A DNA stretch of 63,631 nt, the filler included, from Chiloscyllium plagiosum (taxonomy: Eukaryota): assembly GCF_004010195.1 (NCBI RefSeq). It is 4 parts of one record of this genome, joined end to end, with 100 filler letters (N's around TTAATTAATTAA, not from the genome) between each part and the next. Parts side by side here need not be neighbours in the genome. Positions count along the whole stretch, not along the records: positions 1 to 24,857 come from NC_057715.1; 3 more parts are not named here. One strand, given 5' to 3'. The notes below the pieces were generated by a model. It searched no databases. It was given only the letters and a program-made list of their open reading frames with translations, and was not told the origin of the DNA. Below are positions 1 to 13,284 of this stretch, piece by piece. A program made the translations under genes and the position numbers. Within the stretch, counting starts at the first letter, position 1. Every line of letters begins with the position of its first letter.

Positions 1-1295
1 TGTGACTATCGATGATACAAATATCTCAGCAAGAGGCCCAGCAATATCTTCTCTAGCTTCCCACAGAGTTCTCGGGTACACCTGATCAGGTCTTGGGGAT
101 TTATCCACCTTTACCCGTTTCAAGACATCCAGCACTTCCTCTTCTGTAATATGGACATTTTGCAAGATGTCACTATCTATTTCCCTACAGTCTATATCTT
201 CCATATCCTTTTCCACAGTAAATACTGATGCAAAATACTCATTTCGTATCTCCCCCATTTTCTGCGGCTCCACACAATGGTCGCCTTGCTGATCTTTGAG
301 GTGCCCTATTCTTTCCCTTTACTCATTAGTCATCCAGCATTCCCTATACCTACCAGCCTTTCCTTTCACCCCAACAGGAATGTACTTTCTCTGGATTCTC
401 ATTATCTCATTTCTGAAGGCTTCCCATTTTCCAGCCGTTCTTTTACCTGTGAACATCTGCCCTCAATCAGCTTTCGAAAGTTCTTGCCTAAATACCATCA
501 AAATTGGCCTTTCTCCAATTTAGAACTACAACTTTTAGATCTGGGTCTATCCCTTTCCATCATTATTTTAAATCTAATAGATTTATGGTCGCTGGCCCCA
601 AAGTGCCCCCCCACTGACACCTCAGTCACCTGCCCTACCTTATTTCCCAAGAGTAGGTCAAGTTTTGCAGCTTCTCTGGTCGGTACATTCACATACTGAA
701 TCAGAATATTGTCTTGTACACACTTAACAAACTCCTCTCCATCTGAACCCTTAACACTATGGCAGCCCCAGTCTATGTTTGGAAAGTTAAAATCCCCTAC
801 CTTAACCACCCTATTATTCTTACAGTTAGCAGAGATCTCCTTACAGGTTTGTTTCTCAATTTCCCTCTGACTATTAGGGGGGTCTATAACACAATCCCAA
901 TAAGATTATCATCCCTCTCTTATTTCTCAATTCCACCCAAATAACTTCCCTGGATGTATTTCCGGGAATATCCTCCCTTAGCACAGCTGTCATGCTATCC
1001 CTTATCAAAAATGCCACTCCCCCTCCTCTCTTGCCTCCCTTTCTATCCTTCCTGTAGCATTTGTATCCTGGAACATTAAGCTACCAGTCCTGCCCATCCC
1101 TGAGCCATATTTCTGTAATTGCTATGATATCCCAATTCCATGTTCCTAACCATGCCCTGAGTTCATCTGCCTTCCCTGTTAGGCCCCTTGCATTGAAATA
1201 AATGCAGATTAATTTATTAGTCCTACCATGTCCCTGCCTGCCCTGACCATTTGACTCGCTTCTGTTCCCAACTGTACCAGTCTCAGATTCATCTG
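1..1295 (-). mobile_element. CR1-type LINE fragment (ORF2 APE endonuclease region), decayed
   Basis: Minus ORF 498-809 has the CR1 endonuclease motifs GDFNFPNIDW, LDLLLGN and GHFGASDH. Homologous sequence occurs in the other CR1 copies in the window. Confidence 0.85.
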
Positions 1296-1649
1296 TATGT
1301 AGATTTCATGCCCTAATTTATATTTTATAAATTTAGCCTTCCCTTTGCTTTGGTATTTTCTGCAAATTGTCCTGATGAGTGCAAGACAAAACCTTCCAAA
1401 TATGCAAAATGAGTCTCCTTTTTTTCAGCAATATGCAAGTTATCTATATGCAGAAGCTCTGTAGAATTATTACACTTTTGAAGTCTGTGTGTTCTTGTGG
1501 GTTATTCACTGGATGCATCATCGTAGACAATAACGGAAAATGCATCAGTTTGCTGAAGACTTTATAATGAAATCAACAGCACCAAATTTGTTTATAACCT
1601 TGTTTTGTTTGTTAACATAATGGGAGATATCAAATTGCACCTCATTTCA

Positions 1650-1938
1650 CATAGAATTCATAGTCTCAACAGTGCAAAAAGAGGCCATTCAGCCCGCTGA
1701 GTCTGCACTGACCCTCCAAAAAGCATTCCACCCAGACCCAGCTCCTTACCTCTCCCTGCAACCCTGCATTTTCCATGGCCAATTCAATTAACCCACACAA
1801 CTTTGGATTATGTGAGGAAACTGGAGCACCAGGTGGAAACCCATCAGACATAGAGAGATTGTACAGACTCTGCACAGGTAATCACCTAAGGCTGGAATCA
1901 AATTTGGTCCATGGTACTTTGAGGCAGCAGTGTTAATC
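1650..1938 (-). mobile_element. tRNA-derived SINE (HE1/V-SINE-like), decayed
   Basis: Reverse complement contains the shared core GGGTTTCCACCTGGTGCTCCAGTTTCCTCACA...GAATTGGCCATG seen in the SINEs at 17256, 46853, 52038 and 57722. Confidence 0.8.
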
Positions 1939-3573
1939 AGATGAGAAATTGTGGTTGCCTGTTTTTCATGACTCTTTATATTTCAAAATTATACTTTATC
2001 CCTAAAAATTATCTGTTAGTACATACAAAGATTCTGCATCATATAGTTTTTGCAGAGAAAAAAACAAACAAAATACCAGAATTTTGATATTTCTCAGAAC
2101 TTCTCCTTAATTGCAAAAAAGAAGGCATTTCTTACTTATGCAGGTAACTATTTATGTTCATTTTAATGCCCCAGGGGGGTCAAGTAACTAAATGGACCCT
2201 TGTTATACTTCGGCAGAAAGATCTTTCACAGTGGTCTTTCCCCATTGCATCTTGGGACAGCTGCCGTCAGTTTTAGTGTGTCCCTCAACACTGGACAGTA
2301 CTCCTGGACATTGCAATGTGCCAGTCTGAATACTTGATTGAGGTCAACTCTTTGCACTGGAAGACCAACACTTTTTGGCAGGTCAAACAGCATATTTTAC
2401 CAAATTGATGGTCCTCCAGCCATGGTCGATGTTTGTCTCAGCATATATCCCGGGGAACAGGCCATAAAGTACCGAATCCTGCATTACAGAGCTGCTTGAA
2501 ATGAACCTCAACAATAACCACTGAATCTCTCTCCAGACCTTCTTTGCGAAGCATATTCCAGAAGGAGCTTTGTCAGTCTCTTCACCAGCATAGCTACTTT
2601 GAAGGCAGTATGTGGTGATGCTCTGAGACCGGGCATACAAGAAGGATCTGACAGGCAGACTTTGACAGTCTGCTCAGGGAACTGCCCGATAGGATCAACC
2701 ATCTACTTTTCTCGTAGAGTCTTGAGGACATCATGTGTGACTTCCTTAATGGACTTGTGGCCAAATATGTTTTTCTTTGCAAATTTTTCCACAAGAGACA
2801 AAGCGATACAGAATGAGTCACCTACTTAGAGTGCTCTTCGGCAACAAGGACAGACCCAACCTTCGCAACACAGGGGACAAGTAGAACCTCAGTATGCCAT
2901 GACACTTGGTGTTTGTGTACTGAGATTCTACACACATCTTAATGCAGACACTCACAATGGTTTTCCTTCCTTATCCAGCGCTCTGAACACCCATCCCTAT
3001 GGACACAGTCTATCTTTGGTCTCCAGATGAAATGGAAGATGGATCAGGTGATTGCAGTGGTGCAAATTCAGAGAACAGGTCAGACCTGTGCCACATACAA
3101 CATCATCATGTTATCTCATGCCTGATGACCAAGTTTTTACCCACAATGGAGAGGGAGTAGTTTCTGCCTCATCTTGGTGATAAATCCCTCCAAAGTTTGG
3201 CACATTCTCTAGCCCCTCCTAACCTTACTCCCAGAATTTTCAGGTAATCTGGCCCAAAGATGAAAGGGATAAAGGATCTATTGGCACATTTTCCAAAGAA
3301 TATGGCCTCACTCTTGCCTCGATTTACCTTAGGTTCCAATGCCAGTTTGAACTCGTCACAGATGCTCATGCCTGTGAACACTGACAGCAGATCAAGGCAG
3401 AAAACGGTGTATTCATGTACATGGAGGCTTTGACCTGCAGACATCCACTACCTGGAATAGTTACACCTCTCAGACTCACTCCTACCTGATGGACTTGGCA
3501 AAAGGTTCTATACAACACCCAAGGCAGAAGAATGTGGACAACCCTGCCTGACTCCTGACCTAATCAGAAAACT

Positions 3574-3669
3574 GAGCTGAAAATGTGTTGCTGGAAAAGT
3601 GCAGCAGGTCAGGCAGCATCCAAGGAACAGGAGAATCGACGTTTCGGGCATAAGCCCTTCTTCAGGAAT
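3574..3669 (-). mobile_element. 96-bp Penelope-derived mini element (family 1) with hammerhead motif
   Basis: Flanked by a perfect 15-bp direct repeat CCTAATCAGAAAACT (3559-3573 and 3670-3684). Near-identical sequence at 24742, 36510, 50191 and 60155. Confidence 0.85.
3631..3669 (-). ncRNA. minimal hammerhead ribozyme motif (family 1, intact core)
   Basis: Minus strand reads ATTC-CTGAAGA-A-GGGC TTAT GCCC-GAAAC-GTC-GATTC, giving CUGANGA, a 4-bp stem II, GAAA, palindromic ACGU and a GUC cleavage triplet. Confidence 0.7.
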
Positions 3670-6600
3670 CCTAATCAGAAAACTTACAATTTCCTTTCCA
3701 TTATTTGAGATTGGCTAACAAATAGAGCAGTCTGATCCAGTTGCAGACTCTGTTCCCAAAGCCCATTTTGGAGAGCACATCCCACTTGTAGGTGTGCAAT
3801 ATCCTGTCAAAGGCCTTCTCCTGATCCAGGCTGAAGAGGTAGTTGCCCACCCCACTGACCAGTCCATAGGCAATTGTATCCCTGAGGAGTGCAAGGGCTC
3901 TCAGGGATCTTCTGGTCTGGTACAGATCTGCTTTTTTGGGGGTGAATCACTGGTCCCAGAGCAGACCTGACCTAGTTGATGACAACTTTGGACAGGATTT
4001 TATAATCTGCATTCATCAATGAGACTGGTTGCCAATTTCTGATTTCCTTTTTCTCTGCCTTCTGCTTGTAGATGAGGGTGATGATGCCCTTACTCATGGA
4101 GGTGCATATGCTACCGACCAGAAACATACTGGGGTACACCTCCAACAGTTCTTGGCCAATCAAGTCTCTAGCTGAATACAACTCAGCCAGTAAGCTGTCA
4201 CTTCCAGGAGTTTTACTTTTCTCAAAGGATTGACAGGCATTAGGCATCTCGACCAGATAAAGACTGACCCAGCCCTCTTGTGTACTGTCCTCTATGATCT
4301 TTGTAATAGGACAAGAATGACGGAGAGACTGTGCTGTCTATGGTCTTTGAGACAAACAGTCTGGCATACAAGCATTTGCTGATCCTCAGGATGGTAGACT
4401 GAGATGACATTACCCCGTTTCTCTCTCACCTTCTGAATATCTTTGAGGATGAAAGGGGGTTTCACAGTTTCCAACCTTTGAGGAACTCAAAAGGGATTAC
4501 AATGTGTTTTGGGGTCAACAGTTTCAATTTCAGCTTCCACATTCCCTTGTTGTCCTTCAGTTGACAGTTAGCCAGCAAGAAGCAATGGTCAGAGAAAAAC
4601 ATGGGTTGACATTGGTGGATCTGACCAAGAATGTTCAGAACTCAAATAGGAAATCTATCCTGGAACGGATTTTGGTACAGTTGAAATCACTGGTCAGAAT
4701 GACCAGTCTTGATGTTGCCAGCAATACTGGGATAGCCAGAAACTCTGAAATGAAATAATGTTATTGCTGCCTTTGCAAGGTGAACTTCTGAAAGTGACAT
4801 TTAATGATCCAGTCAAGGGTAGTTGGGAACATTGGTAAGATAACTTATCATAGCAAAAAGTGTTGGTTATGTCACATATGCATGTTGAAAATAAATAATC
4901 ACAAAGAAGAGGATAAGTATGAGTAAGTGTGTCAGGTAGCAAAGCAGTAGAGGACGTCTGAGGCAATATAAGTGAGGTAGAAGAAGATGACTTAAAATAC
5001 AACATGAAATTTCTATCATCTGACTCTCTCCCACTGTTATGAATATCCAGTTCATAATTCACGTGCTTCGTGTGTTTTTTTTGAAACTCAACTTTACCAA
5101 CAGAAATTTGTTAAATGCATTTGTGATTGCCAGAACACCTAAAACAAATGGAAGCTCAGAAGGATATCAGCGTTTGTTTAATGAAGTTAGAACAGAAGAG
5201 ATGGAGTTGAGAAAATAGGACATGTACCACATAGTAGTTGGAATCTTAAAGCAGCCCGAGCAATGTGGGTCATGTCAAGATTTGTGCAGAAATGGACAAA
5301 TGTTTGCCAAGGCCCAGCTTGACATCAGGAGCATCTCGCTGCATCTTTTATGCATGTGACAAGCAGCGAGATGAATTTCCTGCTGGGTAACAGCGTATTG
5401 TCAATTAAAGGAGATTGTTGCTTGTTAAATGTCTCATGAATGCTACCACTCATTTTATTAACATTCAGCTTTTTCTCTTACCAATTGAGATGAATAAACT
5501 AGATATCAAGAATTCTCAGAATGGAAGTCAGAGCAGGCAGCTGGCAACTTCAGTTTGCTGCTTGCAAAAAAGGACCTCTATGTTGGACACCAATAACAAA
5601 CACTGCATGGGGACTGGCCACTTGCACTCCACATCCACGGATACTGCCATCTGACATATTCTAACCCCAAGAGCCTTCATGGTACATTTCCAATTCACTT
5701 ACATCAGGCTTCTACATTTCAACATTCCACCCTAGGCCTCATTGACATCTATTAATGTAATGCTGCGACAAAGACAATGTGCAATCAGGGATACACACAC
5801 AGCCTATGGACTAGAACAGGCTACAACTTCTGGCTCTAATAAAGCACTTTAAAGTCAGAGCATTTTGAGGATTCTGGCTCACTTAAATTTCCAAATTCTC
5901 CAGTTTAAGGGGCTCTTTTGGAGAGCTCCAGGATAGTGGAATTGTCCATCAGAATTTTCAATTTCCCAGGCAATCCCTCAGAGCCAAAAGTGTTGGGGCT
6001 TCTCTACAGTTTTGATACACAACTCCAATCTATGCTGCTGCAACAAATGCTTTTAGAATATTGGGTTATTGACATAACTGTGACCTGTCATTTGAAACAT
6101 AAAATGCAGTCCAGAGACTTCTCATTCAAGTCAAATACCTCTCGCAGAATTCATGAAATACAGATCTTTCAAATTCATGAATGAACCAGCAGTCTTATTT
6201 ATTTAGGTAGCTTATTACTAATTTTCTATCTGTATCAATGAAAACATAAGTAACTAATTCTACTTTATTATCAATAATAATTGATGGTCTACATCATGTG
6301 AGATGTTTTAGTTCTGATTACAAAAGGCACTGTATACTAGATTAAAAAAACTTTTACTCAATAGTTTATTTCTTATAGCAACACAATCCCTCGAAAAAGT
6401 TGTCATAAATTCTAGGCTGCAGTAGATGATGTTTCCATTTACAGTGTGTTTAACCTGCATTCTCAAAGGTCAGATTTCAGAATTATTACACCTCAGGTTT
6501 ATTGAGGATGATGTTGAAGATGGCAACTCAGTTTATAAGATTTTTGCCAATTGAATTTGTGCTTTCTCTTAGAAAGAATGTAACCTTAACCTTTAGTAAG

Positions 6601-7484
6601 ATAGAATTTTCAGTCAATGCACAATGCATATATGGGTGGTGGGGTGTGGGAGTGGGGGTAGGGTAATGCTGGGAGATGCATTAGTCAGAACAAATGCTGC
6701 TCATTTTAGATTCCAAAAACCTCTGCTCACGTTTTTCCCAAAATATCTCACTTCTCAATATCTCAGCTCTTATCTCAAGTATAATGTAAAATTGATTTTG
6801 TTAGGAAAATTGTGCTAGTTTATGGTTCACATCGTTAATGTCTCATTCATTGAATTTGCAATCTCATATGTTATTATTGAATGGCATAAGTTCCTTCCCA
6901 TATAGTGTGAGAAATAATAAGCTAGATTCACACTGAGCTGCACACAACACAGTGCATCCCAGTTCTTGATTAAGGTGGTATTAACAGGTTATTTGTCTGA
7001 TCTGAATGAAGAATGGCAGAGTGATATATACAACTGCATAGGAAGAGATTAAAACACAAGGTTTTCAGCATCTCTTCTTATACTGGAAAAACAGTTATTT
7101 ATAAGTAATGAATTGCATCTATTGTTATTAGAAATCAAGATTTGGGATTCAATTAAATGAACCTGCATCCCAGCTTCATGATGATACGTGCTGTTACAAC
7201 AGCCATCCATATTAGATGTGTATTCCATTAACTTTTAAGTTATTGGGGCCCTTGCACAGATAATAAGTAACCTTTAACATATTTATCTGTAAAAACAAGC
7301 TCCTTGGAATTTACTCTATTCCAGAGACTGCCAATTTAAAATCTTTATAATGTAGACATGAAATCACAGTTTAATTATGAATATAATTAAAACCTTAACA
7401 ACAAGCAATATGTATACTAAATGAATTCTTAGAATGCAGGTATTTTAATCAAACCATTTGGAGATGGGATGGCACACCTATTGG

Positions 7485-7553
7485 AGTGGGTGGGACTTGA
7501 ATTCGGGTTTATTGGCCTAGACATGGGACATTATCACTGCACCATAAGATCCC
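7485..7553 (-). mobile_element. degenerate tRNA-like SINE head
   Basis: Reverse complement has A-box-like TGGTGCAGTGATAA and B-box-like GAATTCAAGTCCC. A similar remnant lies at about 43600-43700. Confidence 0.4.
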
Positions 7554-7699
7554 TAATTCTTAGAATGATTGAGAACTCAAACTAATGACAACTAATGGTC
7601 CCAGTGGGATGAACAAGTATATAATTAACCTAAACTGAAACATCTAAAGAACATAAAGGTGTCCTGTAAGTCTCTCTCTGTATGTCTATAGAATCAATG

Positions 7700-8630
7700 A
7701 AATATGGATGGAATATGAAGCAGGAAAATTTGAGGTTATACACTCTGTCAATTGAATATCTAGATATTATGTAAATGGGGGAATGCTGCAGAAAATTGCA
7801 GTTCACAGGGAATTGGAACCCGTATTCCATGAATTGTAAAAATCTAGCATCCAAGTTCAGTGAGTAATAGACAAGTCAAATGGAATGTTAGCTTTTGTTT
7901 CAAAGGGAATGGAAAATAAAAATAAGGTGGTCACACTAAAACTATGTATGGCATTAGTTAGACTACATCTGGATATTGTGAACATATTTGCTTTTATTCA
8001 TTCACAGGATGTGGGCATCATTATCAGCCAGATCAACATTTATTGCCCATCCCTAATTGCCCAGAAGGTATTAAAGAGGCAAATGAATTACTATGGGCCT
8101 AGAATCACGTGTAGGCCAGACCAGGTAAGAATGGCAGTTTCTTTCCCTAAAGGATGTCAGTGGCTCAGGTGTGCTTTTCTGACAATCATCAGTGGTTTTG
8201 TCATTAGATTCTTAATTCCAGATTTTATTGAATTATAAATTCACCATCTGCCACAGCTGGCTTTGAACCCATGCCTCCAGAATGTTATCTGGGTTTCTGG
8301 ATTAATAGTCTAGCAATAATATTATGAGACCGCTGTCTCTCCATTGTGCCCTTCTCTATATATTGGCATTGAAGGCAGTCTAGAGAAGGTACACTAGGTT
8401 AATCCCTGCCAAGGAGGGATTTTCATATAAGGCAGGTTGAGTAGTTTAAACCTGGACACAATGAAGTTTGGTAGAATGAGAGGGAGACATTGTGGAAAAA
8501 TGCAAGGCTCGAAGGGGACTAAGTAGGGCAGATGCAGAAAGGTTGTTTCTCCTAGTAGGAGGTGCTGGGACCAAAGGGTGTAATCTGAGAATAAGTAGGC
8601 ATGCATTTAAGACAGAGATGAAAAGGGCGC
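7700..8630 (+). mobile_element. old CR1 3' fragment interrupted by another repeat (about 7990-8335)
   Basis: Peptide MLAFVSKGMENKNKVVTLKLCMALVRLHL resembles the CR1 RT C-terminal region (GMLxFI..GIEY..LY..LVRPHLEY). Confidence 0.55.
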
Positions 8631-8836
8631 TTTACTTTCAAATTTGAGAGATACAGTTTACACCAAGGCAAAGCTACAATTGCCTCTTTCTATTCCCTAA
8701 TTGTACTTTTTTCTTCTGTCAGTAAGCATACATAGATAAATAAACCAGAACATGTGTATACATAACAGTCAATTTTCACAACATTGTGGTATGTTTTGAG
8801 ATATTTTCAAATAGAAATATAAATAAATCAGCTTAC

Positions 8837-8923
8837 CTTCAACATAACTCTTCAATAATGGAAACCAAATGAATAATTTTATTGCCTTTGGAGTTTTATA
8901 GCCTTTCTCCAGACTTGCTGGGT
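8837..8923 (-). CDS. candidate internal exon of an unidentified gene (87 nt)
   Basis: Acceptor ttttgtttAG and donor GAAG|GTAAGC. Only one frame is open: (D)PASLEKGYKTPKAIKLFIWFPLLKSYVE. Protein not recognised. Confidence 0.3.
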
Positions 8924-8982
8924 CTAAACAAAATCTTTTACACAACCCTTTTCAGTTTCTTTTCATCTGGAGACTACATACA

Positions 8983-10100
8983 GAACATAGAACATAGAAC
9001 ATTACAGCGCAGTTGCGCTGACCTGTAGAACCAATCTGAAGCCCATCTAACCTATGCTATTCCATTTTCATCCATATGTTTATCCAAGGAACATTTAGAT
9101 ACCCTTAAAGTTGGCAAGTCTACTACTGTTGCAGACAGTGCGACCCACACCCTTACTACTCTTTGAGTAAAGAAACTACCTTTGACATATGTCCTGTATC
9201 CATCATCCCTCAATTTAAAGCGATGTCCCCTTCTGCTAACTATCACCATTCAAGGAAAAAGGTTTGCACTGTCCACCCTACCTAGCCCTCTGATTATCTT
9301 ATATGTCTCAATTAAGTCATGTCTCAACCTTCTTCTCTCTAACGAAAACAGCCTCAAGTCCCTCAACCTTTCCTTGTAAGACCTTCCCTTCATACCAGGC
9401 ATTATCCCAATAAATCTCCTCTGAACCCTTCTAAAGCTTCTAGATCCTTCCAATAATATGATGACCAGAACTGTATGCAATTCTCCAAGTGCAGCCGCAC
9501 CGGAGTTTTGTACAGTTGCAGCATGATCTCTTGTTTCCGAAACTCAATCTCTCAATCAATAAAAGCTAACAACCCTATCAACCTGGGTGGAAACTTTCAA
9601 GGATCTTTGTACATGGACACCAAGATCCCTCTGCTCATCTAGACTACCAAGAATTTAACCATTAGCACAGTATTTTTTATTCTTGTTGCTCCTTCCAAAG
9701 GGAATCACCTGACACTTTCCCTCATTAAACTCCATTTGCCCCCTCTCAGCTCAGCTCTGCAGCTTATCTATGACCCTCTGTAACCTGCAACATCCTTCAG
9801 TACTTTCCAAAATGCCAGCGACCTTAGTACCATCTGCAAATTTACTAACCCATCCTTCTATGCCCTCATCCAAGCCATTTATAAAAATGACAAAGAGCAG
9901 TGGCCCAAAAACAGATCTTTGCGGTACACCACTAATAACTGAACTCCAGGACGAATATTCCCATCAATCACCACCCTCAGTCTGCTTTCAGCTAGCCAAT
10001 TTCTGATCCAAACCACTAAATCACCCTCAATCCCATGCCTCCCTATTTTGGGTAATAGCCTATCATGGGGAACTTTATCAAACGCCTTACTGCAATCCAT
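8983..10100 (-). mobile_element. CR1 LINE 3' part with tandem-repeat tail
   Basis: MDCSKAFDKVPH RT motif, LFSLERRRLRHDLIETYKII and FFTQRVVRVW. Tail (AGAACAT)n at 8983-9002. Confidence 0.9.
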
Positions 10101-11112
10101 ATTTGACCATTGTTGTTCCAGCAGCAGGAAGTGTGGGAGCGTCGAGCAGGAGGTTGTCGGGAAGATGAGGAAAAAAATATTTTAAAATTCACTTCTATCT
10201 TTGGGGCCCACCATTATTGTTCCAGCAGCAGGAAGTGCGGGAGTGTTGAGCAGGAAACTTTCAGAGAGGTCATGAGATTACACTTTTGAACACTTGCTTT
10301 ACCCGCAACTACATGGGTAGTGCCTCCCACCCATCCTCCTCCTCTAACCAAAAAAGATAATTCTTTGCGTCGGTTGGTAAGGTGGTAAATGTTATCTTTC
10401 CTGTTTCATTTTTTCAGTGGAATATTTGGGAATTTAGAATAGTGGAGGTTATGGTAGTTGAATGTTCCTCCTGCAGTATGAGGGAGGTAAGGGTTACCTC
10501 TAGTGTCCCTGCTGACTTCATTTGTGGGAAGTGCAACCACTTCCAGCTCCCCGAGAACTGTGTTAGGGAATTGGAGCTGGCTGAACTTTGGATCATTCGG
10601 AAGGTGGAGAGGGTTATTGAGAGGAGTTACAGGGAGGTAGTTACTCCACAGCCACATGAAGAAGGTAGATGGGTTACCGTCAGGGATAGGAAAGGGAACT
10701 GGCAGGAAGTGCAGGGATCTCCTGTGGTGGTTCCCCTCAACAACAAATATACTGTTTTGGATACTGTTGGGAGGGACAACTTACTAGGGGTAAGCAATCG
10801 GGCACAGGTCTCTTGCACAGAGTCTGTCAGAAGGGAAGAGGGAAGAGGAGTAGACCTTTAGTCATTGGGGACTCCAAGTTAGGGGGACAGATAGGAGATT
10901 TTGTGGGAACGAGAGAGACTCACAATTGGTTTGTTGCTTCCCAGGTGCCAGGATTCGTGATGTCTCTGTGTTTTCAGGATCCTTGAAGGGGAGGAGGAGC
11001 AACCCCAAGTCGTAGTCCAGATAGGCACCAATGAAATAGTTAGGAAGAAAGGCTGGGGTCTCAGACAGAAATTTACGGAGCAAGGGTGGAAGCTTAGAGC
11101 TAGAACAAATAG

Positions 11113-12049
11113 ATGTGAGCATAAGAGGTACAGTTAGGAAGTTTGCAAATGACATCAAAATTGGAAGTGTTATGGACGGCGAAGAAGGTTACTTCAGATT
11201 ACAACAGGATCTTGACCAGATGTGCCAATGGACTGAGAAGTGGCAGATGGAGTTTAATTCAGATAAATGCAAAGTGCTGCATTTTGGGAAAGCAAATATT
11301 AGCAGAACTTATACACTTACTGGTAAGGTCCTAGAGAGTGTTGCTGAACAAAGAGACCTTGGGGTGCAGGTTCACAGCTCCTTGAAAATGGAGTCACAGG
11401 TAGATAGGATAATGAAGAAGGCATTTGGTATGCTTTCCTTTATTGGTCAGAGTATTGAGTACAGGAGGTGGGAGGTCATGTTGCGACTGTATGGGACACT
11501 GGTTAGGCCACTGTTGGAATATTGCAATTCTGGTCTCCTTCGTATCGGAATGATGTTGTGAAACTTGAAAGGGTTCAGAAAAGATTTACAAAGATGTTGC
11601 CAGGGTTGAAGGATTTGAGCTCTAGGGAGAGGCTGAACAGGCTAGGGCTGTTTTCCCTGGAGCATCGGAGGTTGAGGGGTGACCTTATAGAGGTTTACAA
11701 AATCATGCGGGCATGGATAGGATAAATAGACAAAGTCTTTTCCCTGGGGTCAGGGAGTCCAAAACTAGAGGGCATAGGTTTAGGGTGAGAGGGGAAAGAT
11801 ATAAAAGAAACCTAAGGGGCAACATTTTCACACACGTACGTGTATGGAATGAGCTGCCAGAGGAAGTGGTGGAGGCTGGTACAATTGCAACATTTAAAAG
11901 GCATTTGGATGAGTATATGAATAGGAAGGGTTTGGAGGGATATGGGCCGGGTGCTGGCAGATGGGACTAGATTGGGTTGGGACATCTGATCAGCATGGAT
12001 GGTTTGTACTGAAGGGTCTGTTTCCATGCTGCACATCTCTATGACTCTA
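11113..12049 (+). mobile_element. 5'-truncated CR1 3' end nested in the ORF1 of the older CR1
   Basis: KFANDIKIG, WQMEFNSDKCKVLHFG and LFSLEHRRLRGDLIEVYKIM. CTCTATGACTCTA tail. The host esterase sequence resumes after it. Confidence 0.85.
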
Positions 12050-13114
12050 CAATTGTTATCTCTGGGTTGTTGCCCATGCCATGTGCTGGTGAAGCATGGA
12101 ACAGGGAGAGCACAGAGCTGAAGATGTGGCTGCAGGGATGGTGCAATAGGGAGGGTTTTGGATTTTTGGATACTTGGAGCTCTTTTTAGGGAAGGTGGGA
12201 CCTCTACAAACAAGATGGTCTTCACCTGAACCAAAAAGGTACCAAATCTTGGGGGACTGGGCAGGGGGGGGGAGGGTGATATTTGCTGATTATCTTTTTG
12301 GGGTTGGGGGGAAGTTTAAACTAATGCAGCAGAGGGATGGGAACCTGAATTGTACTTCCAGTGTACAGGAGGTTGAGGATAGTGAGGTCAGGGATAGGTT
12401 TTACAAGGTCGCAAGAGGGCACTGGCAACCAGGATGTTGGTTTGATATGTGTCTACTTCAATGCCAGGAGCATTGGGTAAGATGAATGAACTTGCAGCAT
12501 GGGTTGGTACCTGGGATTTTGATGTTATGGCCATTTCAGAGACATGGCTAGAGGAGGGACAGGAATGGTTGTTGCAAATTCCAGGATTGAGATGTTTCAG
12601 CAAGAATAGAGATGATGGAAAAAGGAAGGGTGGGGTGAAGGGTTGGTGGCATTATTAATCAAGGGTAGTATTATCGCAGCTAAGAGAAAGCTGAGGACTC
12701 ATCCACTGAGGTAGTTTGAGCTGAGGTTAGAAACAGGAAAGGAGAGGTCACCCTGCTGGGAGTTTTCTATAGGCCTCCGAATTGTTCCAGGCATGTAGAG
12801 GAAAGGATAGCAAAGATGATTCTTGATAGGGACAAGAGTAACAGTGTAGTTGATATGGGGTCTTTAACTTCCCTAACATTGACTGGGAATACTATAGTTG
12901 AAGTAGTTTAGATGGGTCAATGTTTGTTCAATGTGTGCTGGAGTGTTTCTGAGAAAGTATGTAGACAGGCTAACAAGGGGCGAGGCCACATTGGCTTTAA
13001 TACTGGGGAATGAATCTGGCCAGGCATTAGATTTGGAGGTAAGTGAGCACTTTGGCGATAGTGACCATAATTCAGTTACATTTACAATAGCAATGGGCAG
13101 GGATAGATATATAC

Positions 13115-13284
13115 ACCTAGATAGATATATATAAGCAGGAATTTTCAGCATTGCTTTGCATGACGTCCACTGAAGATGTTACCTAGTAAGGTAACAAAAC
13201 ATCTGGAAATGAACCTTTCAGCTCAGCGAGCAAATCTACATCCAAAACCTCAACCTGAGCTACAAATCTTCTCAAAACTCACTA
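13115..13284 (+). mobile_element. 170-bp Penelope pLTR-derived element (family 3) with hammerhead motif at 13166-13207
   Basis: 12-bp direct repeat ATAGATATATAC (13103-13114 and 13285-13296). Contains TCCA-CTGAAGA-T-GTTACCT AGTA AGGTAAC-AAAAC-ATC-TGGA and shares GAGCTACAAATCTTCTC with 32360-32576. Confidence 0.7.

Larger units (their letters stand above)
1965..4750 (-). mobile_element. Tx1/L1-clade LINE, ORF2 reverse transcriptase region and 3' end, decayed
   Basis: Minus-strand peptides KTPGSDSLLAELY, GIITLIYKQK..IRNWQPVSLMNADYKILSK, SGVRQGCP and KVNRGKSE..YLKILGV. Many stops and frameshifts. Confidence 0.85.

Noticed and set aside
4694..5062. 122-aa minus ORF with Cys-rich stretch (CICDIT..C)
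   Set aside because: Starts at GTG, has no convincing in-frame splice sites, no recognisable domain, and its end runs into the Tx1 element.
8924..8970. In-frame TGA upstream of the candidate exon read as selenocysteine
   Set aside because: A good acceptor lies downstream of the TGA and no SECIS element was seen.
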